Of a stretch of DNA of 20,000 bases, positions 7,404 to 15,199 are shown piece after piece; position 1 is the stretch's first letter; each line of letters begins with the position of its first letter. This DNA is from an uncultured virus (IMG/VR IMGVR_UViG_3300008107_000530). Lineage: Duplodnaviria > Heunggongvirae > Uroviricota > Caudoviricetes. The notes below the pieces were generated by a model. The model was not told the DNA's origin, searched no databases, and saw only the letters and a program-made list of their open reading frames with translations. The stretch lies in the IMG/VR virus record IMGVR_UViG_3300008107_000530; one strand, written 5' to 3'. Both the position numbers and the translations under genes were made by a program.

Positions 7404-9428
7404 TTACGTAAAAAACGCCAGAAGATTGCCTTGGGAAGTAGGGAAGTTGAACGTCCAGTTGACGTTGTTCCCGGCGTTGGTGGAGTTCACTGCGTAGAAG
7501 GTGGACGCGGGGGAGGCGTTGATGTCCTTGACCGAAATAAAGTTGGACACGCTAAACCCGCCACCTGTCTTTGTTAGATTGGCACGAGTGCCAGAAGACG
7601 AGCTTTCAACTGTAATGATGTTCCCAGAGCTTCCGTTTACGTTCCACGCACCGACCGTAGTTGTACCGCTGGCAGGTAGCCTCAGAAAGTAGGCATTAGT
7701 CTTGGTGCTGGTGATGGATGTAAAGGTGTTGTTACCCGATATTGAAATTGCAGCCGCGCCCGTCGACCCACTAATTAACAAGTTATTGTAAGTAGCCCCA
7801 CCACCGGCAAAGGAATATGTCACCCCAACCGAAGCCGCAATTTCAATCGTGGATGTTTCTGGGAAAAGAGTAAAAGTACCACTTGCGGTATAACTCCACC
7901 CAGAAGTGCCAGTGGCTGTCCACGTTCCGGACCCCATATAAACGGTCAAATTTGGGGAGGAGGTGTAACCGGTTGTGGAGTTTTGAACGGAGAACCTACC
8001 AGAGGTAAGGTTGTAGTTATTAGCTTCAAACAGCCCGCCGTATATGTAGCTATCTGTTTGAACGGACAAATTTGCGTTCAGCCTATAGTTACCAGCAAAA
8101 ATTGTGAAGTACAGCTGCTTTCCAGCGGTGTTTATTGTATTAGTTCCATCCCCCAAAAAAGATAGTATCTTGTTGTTGTTGGTAAACGTCAAGGCCGAAC
8201 TCAAGGTAAAACTCTTATATACCTCAATATCCACCCCAAGAGAGATTACCCGAGCGCCTAGCGCTGATGCGTTCAAAGCGCCAATACGGGGCACGTTAAA
8301 TGTATATGTGCCAGCCCCAGTGTTGGCATCAAATACAGCCGTGTCTTGAGGTAGGGGTACTGATGCGCCTACTGAGCCCCCAGAAGTAGCCGACCATACA
8401 GAAGTATTGGAGAAATTACCTGAAGCCACCGCATACCGAGTTACGGCTGCGGGGAATGTGATGTCCGAGTTATTACCCAGGTCTCCTACACGTTGCCCTG
8501 ACAGAGCCCAAGGAACCGCCGCGCCGTTGGCGTTTATGTCACGAAAATCCGTGTCTTGAATGGAAACAGCGGCTGCGTTGATTGCCCTTTGCGTACCTCG
8601 AATGTTGCTGTAAACGACGTTACGATCTTGAACGCCTGTGCCAAAGCTGGTAAACGTACCGTTTACCGTAATGTTTGCAGATAGCTCAACCTGCATATAC
8701 GACGCGCTCGGTACAATAGAGAGATTATTAAATGTGGTTGCAACAGTAAATTGGTTAAAAGCTAAAACGCTACCATTTATTGTTACGTTGTACAGCGTAT
8801 ATGGCCCCCCCGAGGGTATTTGTACAACCCCAGTGGTTATGGTTGATGTACCCGCGTTTACAGTAGCGCCCGATAGATATAAAGAGCTACACGTTATTGT
8901 TGAGGACCCCAATACTACAGTGCCGCCAACAGGAGCAAACTGCCCACAGGATATGTTGTAGTTGTTTGTGGTGAAGGTTCCGTTGGCTACTTGTATCGGC
9001 GCAGTATTGGTTAGGGCGTCCTGAAGCGTCCAACCCCCACCAGAACCAAAAAGTATCAGTGCGGAATTACCAACACTCTTACCGTTTGTGGTAATTGTCT
9101 TACCAGAAGTCGTAGCGGCAAACGCAAGATTGCTGCTGGCGGACCATGTCATGCCAGCGGATACAACCAAGTTACCGTATATGTATATTTCCGGCGTGTT
9201 TGAAACGCTAAAGATTGTGCCGGTGAACCCGGAAAAATTCAGGTTATTGCAGTTGGCGTTGACTGTTGAAATTGTTACCGTGCCAGAACCAGAGCTAGCG
9301 TCAAAAAAGACATTATCGGCAGAGGTTGGAACAGATGCACCACCAGCACCACCAGAAGTGGCGGACCACTTGGTCCCAGCCGTGCCGTCCCAATTTGCGG
9401 TGCCGCCGACCCAGTAACGATCTGCCAT
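7404..9428 (-). CDS. Putative tailspike/receptor-binding protein, beta-solenoid-like, internally duplicated (674 aa)
   Basis: G/S/T/N-rich beta-strand repeats. The motif RY.V....W...WSATSGG..GASVP...D...FDA..G occurs at the N-terminus and again mid-protein. Confidence 0.75.
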   Translation of the reverse strand: MADRYWVGGTANWDGTAGTKWSATSGGAGGASVPTSADNVFFDASSGSGTVTISTVNANCNNLNFSGFTGTIFSVSNTPEIYIYGNLVVSAGMTWSASSNLAFAATTSGKTITTNGKSVGNSALILFGSGGGWTLQDALTNTAPIQVANGTFTTNNYNISCGQFAPVGGTVVLGSSTITCSSLYLSGATVNAGTSTITTGVVQIPSGGPYTLYNVTINGSVLAFNQFTVATTFNNLSIVPSASYMQVELSANITVNGTFTSFGTGVQDRNVVYSNIRGTQRAINAAAVSIQDTDFRDINANGAAVPWALSGQRVGDLGNNSDITFPAAVTRYAVASGNFSNTSVWSATSGGSVGASVPLPQDTAVFDANTGAGTYTFNVPRIGALNASALGARVISLGVDIEVYKSFTLSSALTFTNNNKILSFLGDGTNTINTAGKQLYFTIFAGNYRLNANLSVQTDSYIYGGLFEANNYNLTSGRFSVQNSTTGYTSSPNLTVYMGSGTWTATGTSGWSYTASGTFTLFPETSTIEIAASVGVTYSFAGGGATYNNLLISGSTGAAAISISGNNTFTSITSTKTNAYFLRLPASGTTTVGAWNVNGSSGNIITVESSSSGTRANLTKTGGGFSVSNFISVKDINASPASTFYAVNSTNAGNNVNWTFNFPTSQGNLLAFFT

Positions 9429-10349
9429 TTAGACCTCCGAGGCGATGCCCACTACATCCCAGAAACCTGCGTCTGAGTTGTATACGCACCCAACATAGAT
9501 GGTTTTGTTAATGGTAGTCGTGGTAGGCAGCACGGTGCCGATGACACGGTAGCCGCCAGCAGTGATAGTCCAAGAAATTGTCCGAGACGTCCCGTTATCC
9601 TTGATCCGAATCATCAGCTTCTGTCCGTTGACGGGAGTACCCGAGGGGGCGGCAATTGCTGTGTTGGTCGCTAGTGCTGTGATGGTATAAACATCACAAG
9701 TGTCCGCTGTGGGAGTGATGGTAGCCGAGCTTGCAACCGTGTCTACCCGAGGGTTCACCCGCTTGTTTGTCAGCGTTTCTGTACCCGCCAAAGTCGCCAA
9801 CGTGCCGGTTGTAGGCAGCGTAACAGACGTTGTATTGGTCGCGGTAAACGTGATGCCAAAAGCACCGACCGTCGTAAACGCATTGGCAAAGGTAGCGTTA
9901 CCCCCCAAGGACAGCGTGTACCCGCCGATAGTGAAGGAACTCAGGTTGGTGATGGCATCTACTACGCTTGTCCCATTGCAGTACAACGCCATCGTCTTGC
10001 CGTTGGGAACTGAGATCCCTGCACCAGACAGCGTTTTCAACGTCAAAGCATACCCGCCCGTGACGTTGTTAGACAGGAAATACAGCTTACTTACAGCAGG
10101 GCAGATTACATTACGGGCCGCACCGGGGGAGCCGGTAGCCACAATAAACATCTTTCGCGCTTCGTTTGTGCCACCGTCTGTGTTGGTCAGGGTGTAATCG
10201 GAACCCGCAATCGTTATGTTGGCAGTCCCTGCTACTGCATCGTCAACGAGCTGTGTAATGCCGGTGTTGACGATATTGCCCCACGTGCCGGAGTTTTCAC
10301 CTGTTGCCGGAAGCGTCAGGCGCAGGCTGGTGGTATAGGTTGACGGCAT
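9429..10349 (-). CDS. Putative tail fibre / fibre-attachment protein (306 aa)
   Basis: N-terminus MPSTYT..LRL.L.ATGE.SGTWG...N and 'TGTLATLAGTETLTNK' fibre-shaft motif. C-terminal 'GTPVNGQKL.IRIKDNGT.R.I.W' beta domain seen in phage fibres. Confidence 0.75.
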   Translation of the reverse strand: MPSTYTTSLRLTLPATGENSGTWGNIVNTGITQLVDDAVAGTANITIAGSDYTLTNTDGGTNEARKMFIVATGSPGAARNVICPAVSKLYFLSNNVTGGYALTLKTLSGAGISVPNGKTMALYCNGTSVVDAITNLSSFTIGGYTLSLGGNATFANAFTTVGAFGITFTATNTTSVTLPTTGTLATLAGTETLTNKRVNPRVDTVASSATITPTADTCDVYTITALATNTAIAAPSGTPVNGQKLMIRIKDNGTSRTISWTITAGGYRVIGTVLPTTTTINKTIYVGCVYNSDAGFWDVVGIASEV

Positions 10350-10357
10350 GTGTTACC

Positions 10358-10786
10358 TCAAGGAAAGCGGAGCAGAGCAGTGGTGGGCGTGGCGGCGGGT
10401 AGCTGCACCGTGAAGGTAGTGGTCGAGGTCTTGTCCGCGCCAAAGTCCAAAATTGCCACCGAGCGATCTGCCTTGCTGGAGTTGTAGATCAGCGCCCCAC
10501 GGGCCGTCAGGGCCGCGTTAAACACCGGGTTGTCGAAGGTGACGTAAACGGGAGCAGGTTGCGTTGTCGTTGCAGGCCCCGTCGTGATCGTCACTCCAGT
10601 CAAAACCAAACCACCTGCGGTGTATCCGCTGGCTACAACTTCCCCGGTGAGCGTGTAAACCTGGGTGGTCGGGTACAGATCCGCAACGCTCGTGTAGAGC
10701 GCCATCTTCAGGATGTCAGTGTCAAGGTCATGAACACCTTGCAGCATCTCCGAGCGGAATGAGTTGGTAACGCACTGGATAAGCAT
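10358..10786 (-). CDS. Putative tail/collar structural protein (142 aa)
   Basis: Motifs SF..E.L.G.HD......KMALYT, GYTAGG..L, TARGALIYN and LDFG.DKT, which I recognise from phage structural proteins in this gene position. Confidence 0.7.
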   Translation of the reverse strand: MLIQCVTNSFRSEMLQGVHDLDTDILKMALYTSVADLYPTTQVYTLTGEVVASGYTAGGLVLTGVTITTGPATTTQPAPVYVTFDNPVFNAALTARGALIYNSSKADRSVAILDFGADKTSTTTFTVQLPAATPTTALLRFP

Positions 10787-11434
10787 TTACACCACCTCAG
10801 TTCGGACCTGCCCCGAACGATACGCATCCTGTCGATCCTTGCCGTCACCCAAGTTCTTCAACAACGTCAAAGACTGGACGTACTGTTTGCTGGCTTCCGC
10901 CACAACGTCAGGCTCCTGCTTCATCCACCGAGCAACTTCAACCAGCACCGCGTTAAACAGTACGCTGTCAAAGTTGTCGCCAAGCCATGTGGTAGTAGCC
11001 GTGACAATGCTCTCTGGGTAGTAGAAGTAGTTCAGTTCTGCTGTCAGCGCAGCGGCGGGCGTGGGCCCCAACAGGAAGGATTGGACCTTCGGAGTTCCCG
11101 TCTGCGTGCCGTACAGAGCGTAATACTTCGGCGTTCCAGTAACGGCAACACTTGGGAAAGACTCCCGCATGAAGTTCACATCCTTGTTCAGCAGAAAGCT
11201 GAACTCCCCAGCGACGGTCACGCCCAAAGAAAAAGCTGAAAGGAAGTCAGCCGGGACAACAAGCAGTGGGTTGCCGATGACCAGCGTAAGGTTTGAAGTC
11301 TTACGTAGGTTGGGGAGTTGCACCGAGTTGTAGATGCGCTGCTCCGCCAACTTCGTCATTGTGGCAAAGTCAGCCGACGAGAACGTGTTCTCTACCGCGT
11401 CCTGAACAGCGGTCTGCAACTCGGTGTAGTTCAT
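10787..11434 (-). CDS. Head-tail adaptor/neck-ring protein, paralogue 2 (215 aa)
   Basis: MNY.EL...V start, AEQRIY..., P.DFL, G.PKYY...GPTP.....LNY.Y.P, and a helical C-terminus: the adaptor-family pattern. Confidence 0.75.
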   Translation of the reverse strand: MNYTELQTAVQDAVENTFSSADFATMTKLAEQRIYNSVQLPNLRKTSNLTLVIGNPLLVVPADFLSAFSLGVTVAGEFSFLLNKDVNFMRESFPSVAVTGTPKYYALYGTQTGTPKVQSFLLGPTPAAALTAELNYFYYPESIVTATTTWLGDNFDSVLFNAVLVEVARWMKQEPDVVAEASKQYVQSLTLLKNLGDGKDRQDAYRSGQVRTEVV

Positions 11435-11452
11435 AGCATACTTTTTTGTATG

Positions 11453-11641
11453 TTACGCCATTGGCCCACGGGCCATGAAGCCACGGGTGGCGGCACCAGC
11501 ACCGCGCATCTTCACGCCGGAGGTCTTGGCCGGAGGAGCAACCTCCTTGGAGGAGTTGCCAATCACCATGCACAGGTCACGGGGGTTCTCAGCGCCTTGA
11601 GGATAGCTGGACTTGGCAGGAGCAAGTTTCTTGGTCTTCAT
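11453..11641 (-). CDS. Small basic virion protein (62 aa)
   Basis: Fills the operon. C-terminal KTSGVKMRGAGAATRG..ARGPMA resembles the neighbours' RGxG motif. Confidence 0.75.
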   Translation of the reverse strand: MKTKKLAPAKSSYPQGAENPRDLCMVIGNSSKEVAPPAKTSGVKMRGAGAATRGFMARGPMA

Positions 11642-11644
11642 GGC

Positions 11645-11800
11645 TCACCCCGTCTTCTGGTTCATGGCGCGGGACATATTCTTGCCCAGGCGCATGCGGT
11701 CATCGGTGGTCGGGCCACCCTTTTTGAAGCCTTTGCCGTGAGCTTCACTGGCGGGCTTCTTGGCGTGGGCTCGGAGAGCCGCCATTGCATCTTTTTTCAT
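11645..11800 (-). CDS. Small basic protein missed by ORF track (51 aa: MKKDAMAALRAHAKKPASEAHGKGFKKGGPTTDDRMRLGKNMSRAMNQKTG)
   Basis: AGGAG Shine-Dalgarno 5 nt upstream of the ATG at 11800. Fills the gap between the flanking genes and carries the FKKGG motif. Confidence 0.8.
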   Translation of the reverse strand: MKKDAMAALRAHAKKPASEAHGKGFKKGGPTTDDRMRLGKNMSRAMNQKTG

Positions 11801-11809
11801 CATCGCTCC

Positions 11810-12202
11810 TTAAGTCACGACCACCGTGACCGTACCGACTTCTGCTGGAGAAGTCAACCAATTGGGCGTCAGCCCGTCATCAAAAGACTGAGAACCACCG
11901 ACTGGTGCCCAGCCCCACTGGATTACTCTGCTGCCCTCGCCGGTAGACCCAGTTGCCGTTTGGCCCGAGGCGTACCAAGTGTTTGTGTCTGGACGAGGAT
12001 CGCGGATGGCCTGGGGGTCACTTACCGGGAAGGTCCCCAACAAAAGTTGTGGGTGATCCATTGACCAGCATTGAGGACACGCCTTTATTTGTGTCTGCTT
12101 TGTCTTTACAACTTCGTTTTTAAGTTTCTTCAGTGGAAACCTAAAATTACAATAATCGCAGAACCCGAAGGCCTTTGCGCCGTTTGCAAAACGATTGCTC
12201 AT
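11810..12202 (-). CDS. Putative Zn-binding virion protein (CxxC...CxxC, 130 aa)
   Basis: Contains CDYC and CPQC, followed by DHPQL...DPQAIRDPRPD. ATGA overlap with the adaptor gene. Confidence 0.75.
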   Translation of the reverse strand: MSNRFANGAKAFGFCDYCNFRFPLKKLKNEVVKTKQTQIKACPQCWSMDHPQLLLGTFPVSDPQAIRDPRPDTNTWYASGQTATGSTGEGSRVIQWGWAPVGGSQSFDDGLTPNWLTSPAEVGTVTVVVT

Positions 12203-12894
12203 GAGATGAACATCTGGCGTGGGACCAGACGAATAGCTGCCTTCTCACGATCTTCCGTCGAAGCCAGATCCCAGGCTTCATCGTACTGCTGCTTCAGAAC
12301 CTGCATGCGCTCCATAGCGCCAGGGATCTTCATGGACAGGTAGTACGCAAGCCCCGCAACCAGTGCGTTGAGGAAGCGGAACGGGATGTCCTGCGTGTAC
12401 GTACCACCGGCCCCAGCATCCTGAATCCTGCGCAACCGCCAGTAGACGAGCGTGTAGGTCTGCGAGTTGTCGGGCGTGGGCCACACAGTGAACTGCGGAG
12501 CAGGGCCTTGGCGGTTGATCCAGATCTGAATCGGCCTTGCTTGTTGCAGCTTGTTCGGGATGGACGAGTAGGTGGAGACCGAGATGCGCGTGATGGTCAG
12601 GTCGGTCTGTGTTGAAACAGAACCGGAGCCCGTGCGGATCACATGCTCAAGCAAATCCACCGTGTCGGCAGGCAGCGTGTAGGTATTTGTACCGGGTGTC
12701 AGGACTTGTGAGCCTTGCTCCACCGTCCAGAGGTTAATCCCTCGGTTGGCCCAGTCTGTGAAGAGCAGGTTCATCGACCGCCGTGCGGTCTTCAGGTCAT
12801 AACCCGTGCGAAGCTCTGCACCACAGCGCTCAAAGGCTTCCTCAACCGCTTCGTTGAGGTCAAGATTGAATGTAGTGATGCCGGAGGTTGTCAT
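12199..12894 (-). CDS. Head-tail adaptor/neck-ring protein, paralogue 1 (231 aa)
   Basis: MTTSG...F.LD....EEAFERCG...ARRS.NL.F.DWANRG.NLWT; YTLP.D..D; WPTPD; AL.AGLAYYL: podophage adaptor-like. Confidence 0.8.
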   Translation of the reverse strand: MTTSGITTFNLDLNEAVEEAFERCGAELRTGYDLKTARRSMNLLFTDWANRGINLWTVEQGSQVLTPGTNTYTLPADTVDLLEHVIRTGSGSVSTQTDLTITRISVSTYSSIPNKLQQARPIQIWINRQGPAPQFTVWPTPDNSQTYTLVYWRLRRIQDAGAGGTYTQDIPFRFLNALVAGLAYYLSMKIPGAMERMQVLKQQYDEAWDLASTEDREKAAIRLVPRQMFIS

Positions 12895-12895
12895 A

Positions 12896-13126
12896 TCACT
12901 TCGCCGTCATTGCGGAACGCTTGAACGCTTTGGCAGTAGGAGCGCCGGGAGCACCCGGCTTGCGCATGGTTTCGCCCGATCCTGCGGCAATCCGTTTGCG
13001 CTTGGCATTGATGTTGGCGTAGAGGCCAACTTCGCCGCCCTTGGCGTACTCAGTGAAGTCAGTGTTATCACGGCGCTTCTTCACCACACCTTTACGGATT
13101 GCCCCCATACCCCGTGAAGCCATCAT
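12896..13126 (-). CDS. Small basic protein (76 aa)
   Basis: Begins MMASRGMGA and has an internal YAKGG motif. K/R-rich, with ATGA coupling to the upstream gene. Confidence 0.75.
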   Translation of the reverse strand: MMASRGMGAIRKGVVKKRRDNTDFTEYAKGGEVGLYANINAKRKRIAAGSGETMRKPGAPGAPTAKAFKRSAMTAK

Positions 13127-13890
13127 ACAAACCTACCTTTGGTTTTACCCCGAGATTCGCATCCACCGCCACGGACTGATCCACCCGAAGCATAGCCAAT
13201 CCGACCACCCTTAGCGCGGAGTTCGTAGTCAGGTTCACGATCCTCCCGTGTACGGTCACGAGGGGAAGCCTTCTTGGGGGTAGCCTGTAGGACGGGCTTG
13301 TTACGCTCCATCGTCTCTGCACGAGCTTTGGCGGTCCTACCCGCTTCTGCGCGTTTGGCTTGAAGTTGTTTACGCCCAACTGCTCCACGCATCGTGGACT
13401 CGGCGGCTTCCATCTCGGCCTTGGGGCTGAACCTACGCCCAGTTTCCGTGGTGACCTGCTTCGCCGTTTGTGGGGAGGAAAATTTAGCCGCTGCGGCCTT
13501 CGCAGTTTCTTTCGCGGCTTCTGCGGCCTTCTCGGCTCGGCTCAACCGTGCAAGTTTTGCTGCGCCTGCAATCCCCGCGCCCGCGCCCAACCCCATGAAA
13601 ATGCGGTCCATGTTGCTGGGGCCAGAAGTATCTTCACCCGTGCTCGCGGGGGCGGCTTCCTTACCCTTGGGGATCTCTGCGCTTGCCGCTTTTGGTGCGG
13701 GGGCGGGAGCAGATGCTTTGGGCTTTGGTTTCGCCGGTGCAGCCGCCTTGGGGGCGTCACTTCCCCCACGCTCTAGAAACTTTTTCGCCCGAGCGTAGGT
13801 ATCTTCGTCAAAGCTACCCTTTTCACGCCCAGAAGCGAGTTCGTCTAGGGCAGCCGTGCCGCCTTCAGAGAATTTGCGGTACTTGCGCAT
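13123..13890 (-). CDS. Basic, Ala/Lys/Pro-rich low-complexity protein (255 aa), putative internal head protein
   Basis: Contains FSEGG, RAKGG and YASGG, and ends RGGGCESRGKTKGRFV. One central hydrophobic GxG stretch. Confidence 0.75.
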   Translation of the reverse strand: MRKYRKFSEGGTAALDELASGREKGSFDEDTYARAKKFLERGGSDAPKAAAPAKPKPKASAPAPAPKAASAEIPKGKEAAPASTGEDTSGPSNMDRIFMGLGAGAGIAGAAKLARLSRAEKAAEAAKETAKAAAAKFSSPQTAKQVTTETGRRFSPKAEMEAAESTMRGAVGRKQLQAKRAEAGRTAKARAETMERNKPVLQATPKKASPRDRTREDREPDYELRAKGGRIGYASGGSVRGGGCESRGKTKGRFV

Positions 13891-13891
13891 A

Positions 13892-14125
13892 TCACATCAC
13901 CCGTCCTTTGGTATGGCCCTTGGTTACACAGCCGTCACCACGAGTTACAGACCCACCACCTGCCATCTTCTTTACCGGAACCTTGGCAGGCTTCGGGGGC
14001 GGGTAGTCTTTCTTGGTCTGAGCCGCTGCCTTCTTTTCCCCAGAAGCGCGTTGCGCCGGAGGAAGTGCGGACAACTGGTCGATGTCCACCGGAGGCGGAC
14101 CCATCTCTTTACGGTATTCAGCCAC
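13892..14125 (-). CDS. Small basic protein (77 aa)
   Basis: GGAGG 5 nt upstream of the GTG at 14125 (MAEYRKEMG...). Ends KKMAGGGSVTRGDGCVTKGHTKGRVM. Confidence 0.7.
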   Translation of the reverse strand: MAEYRKEMGPPPVDIDQLSALPPAQRASGEKKAAAQTKKDYPPPKPAKVPVKKMAGGGSVTRGDGCVTKGHTKGRVM

Positions 14126-14438
14126 AGGAACCTCCACGCATCATTTTGACCATCTTGCCCTTGGTCTTGCCACGAGACTCGATGCCACCGCCCTTGGCGT
14201 AGCCCTTACCCTTGGCTTCCTTCATTTCTTCAGCAGCCATCTTGGGCTTACCGGCCTTCTTCAGGGCGGCAGCGTGGCGCATTTCCATTGCCTTCTTGGC
14301 TGGGGACATCTTCATTTCGCCTCCTTCGGCATGGGCTTTAGGCCCGACAAACTTCTTCGCTACGCTCGGCGGGACATCCGTCTTGCCAGCGAGAGACGCA
14401 TACATGAACCGGCGCTGCTTCTCAGATTGAACCGGCAC
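14118..14438 (-). CDS. Small basic protein (106 aa)
   Basis: Likely start is the GTG at 14438 (MPVQSEKQRRFM...) with GGAG upstream. Contains HAEGG, YAKGG, SRGKTKG and MMRGG. Confidence 0.75.
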   Translation of the reverse strand: MPVQSEKQRRFMYASLAGKTDVPPSVAKKFVGPKAHAEGGEMKMSPAKKAMEMRHAAALKKAGKPKMAAEEMKEAKGKGYAKGGGIESRGKTKGKMVKMMRGGSCG

Positions 14439-14673
14439 TTTGCTTACTCCGCAGAGTATCCAGCTTGGCTTCGATCCTGTCAAAGCGCTCCAGCAACTCT
14501 TTCATATCAGCCCGGAACTCGGACCGAGTGATGTGATCACGAGCAATCTCTTCCCTCGTGCGGTTGAGCAGGATGGACAACCTATCAAGCTCCTTGAACT
14601 TGGCCGACATGAAGAACGCCACTGCACCAATCAGGATGGTCAGGACGAGGTTCCAGAGTATTGTCGCTTCCAT
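14422..14673 (-). CDS. Single-pass membrane protein with C-terminal coiled coil (83 aa)
   Basis: N-terminal TM segment (ILWNLVLTILIGAVAFFM), then a heptad pattern (..FDRIEAKLD). Confidence 0.75.
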   Translation of the reverse strand: MEATILWNLVLTILIGAVAFFMSAKFKELDRLSILLNRTREEIARDHITRSEFRADMKELLERFDRIEAKLDTLRSKQSAGSI

Positions 14674-14676
14674 GAG

Positions 14677-14916
14677 TCAGCACTTCCATGCACGCCGCGC
14701 TTTCCTCAGGCGGCTATCAGGATCTTTGGCCGCTTCCGGCCACATCTTCATCTGCCCCGCAGAACGGGCGCAGAACGACTTCTTGCGAGGACCGCCCTCG
14801 GGCTGAGGAGGCTTCAGATTCATACCCTGGGCTTTGGCAGATGCCCGCCCCTTGGCGTTTAGACCGCCCTTGGGGTTCTGCCCCTCCTTGCGGGTCCAAG
14901 CGGGAGACTTAGCCAT
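14677..14916 (-). CDS. Small basic phage protein, DUF6321-like (79 aa)
   Basis: AW.RKEG.NP.GGLN.KGRAS...R.KSFCAR......P.SR....R.WKC, a pattern I recognise from many aquatic phages. Confidence 0.75.
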   Translation of the reverse strand: MAKSPAWTRKEGQNPKGGLNAKGRASAKAQGMNLKPPQPEGGPRKKSFCARSAGQMKMWPEAAKDPDSRLRKARRAWKC

Positions 14917-14917
14917 T

Positions 14918-15199
14918 TCAGCACCACACCCTTCTCGGCACTGCAGGGCCGGGGTCCACGATGTATGCGTCCAACTCAGGCGCTTCAGGGGTCCGCACGT
15001 TCACATACCAGCCGTCCAGCGGCACGGGGTCATACGGCTCAGGCAGCGGCTCAGGCGGGCGCTCGTACAAGGTTCCCAGCGTGTCGATGGCGTAGTAGTT
15101 GGGCGTGAGAGTGACCTGACCCTCGTCGTCCTCGGTGGAGGTGTAGAGGATGGCCGTGGCCTCAGCCTCATCAGCAAAGCGCAGCATGTAGTCTGTCAT
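14918..15199 (-). CDS. Acidic fibre-associated protein (possible chaperone/tip, 93 aa)
   Basis: ATGA overlap with the head fibre stop. D.YLRF..E / ID.LG / GW.VNVR / P.RVW pattern commonly follows such fibres. Function is inferred. Confidence 0.65.
   Translation of the reverse strand: MTDYMLRFADEAEATAILYTSTEDDEGQVTLTPNYYAIDTLGTLYERPPEPLPEPYDPVPLDGWYVNVRTPEAPELDAYIVDPGPAVPRRVWC

Noticed and set aside
11436..11455. Small hairpin CATAC-AAAAAA-GTATG before the 215-aa adaptor gene
   Set aside because: Weak AT-rich 5-bp stem with no U-tract on the coding strand; not enough to call a regulatory element.
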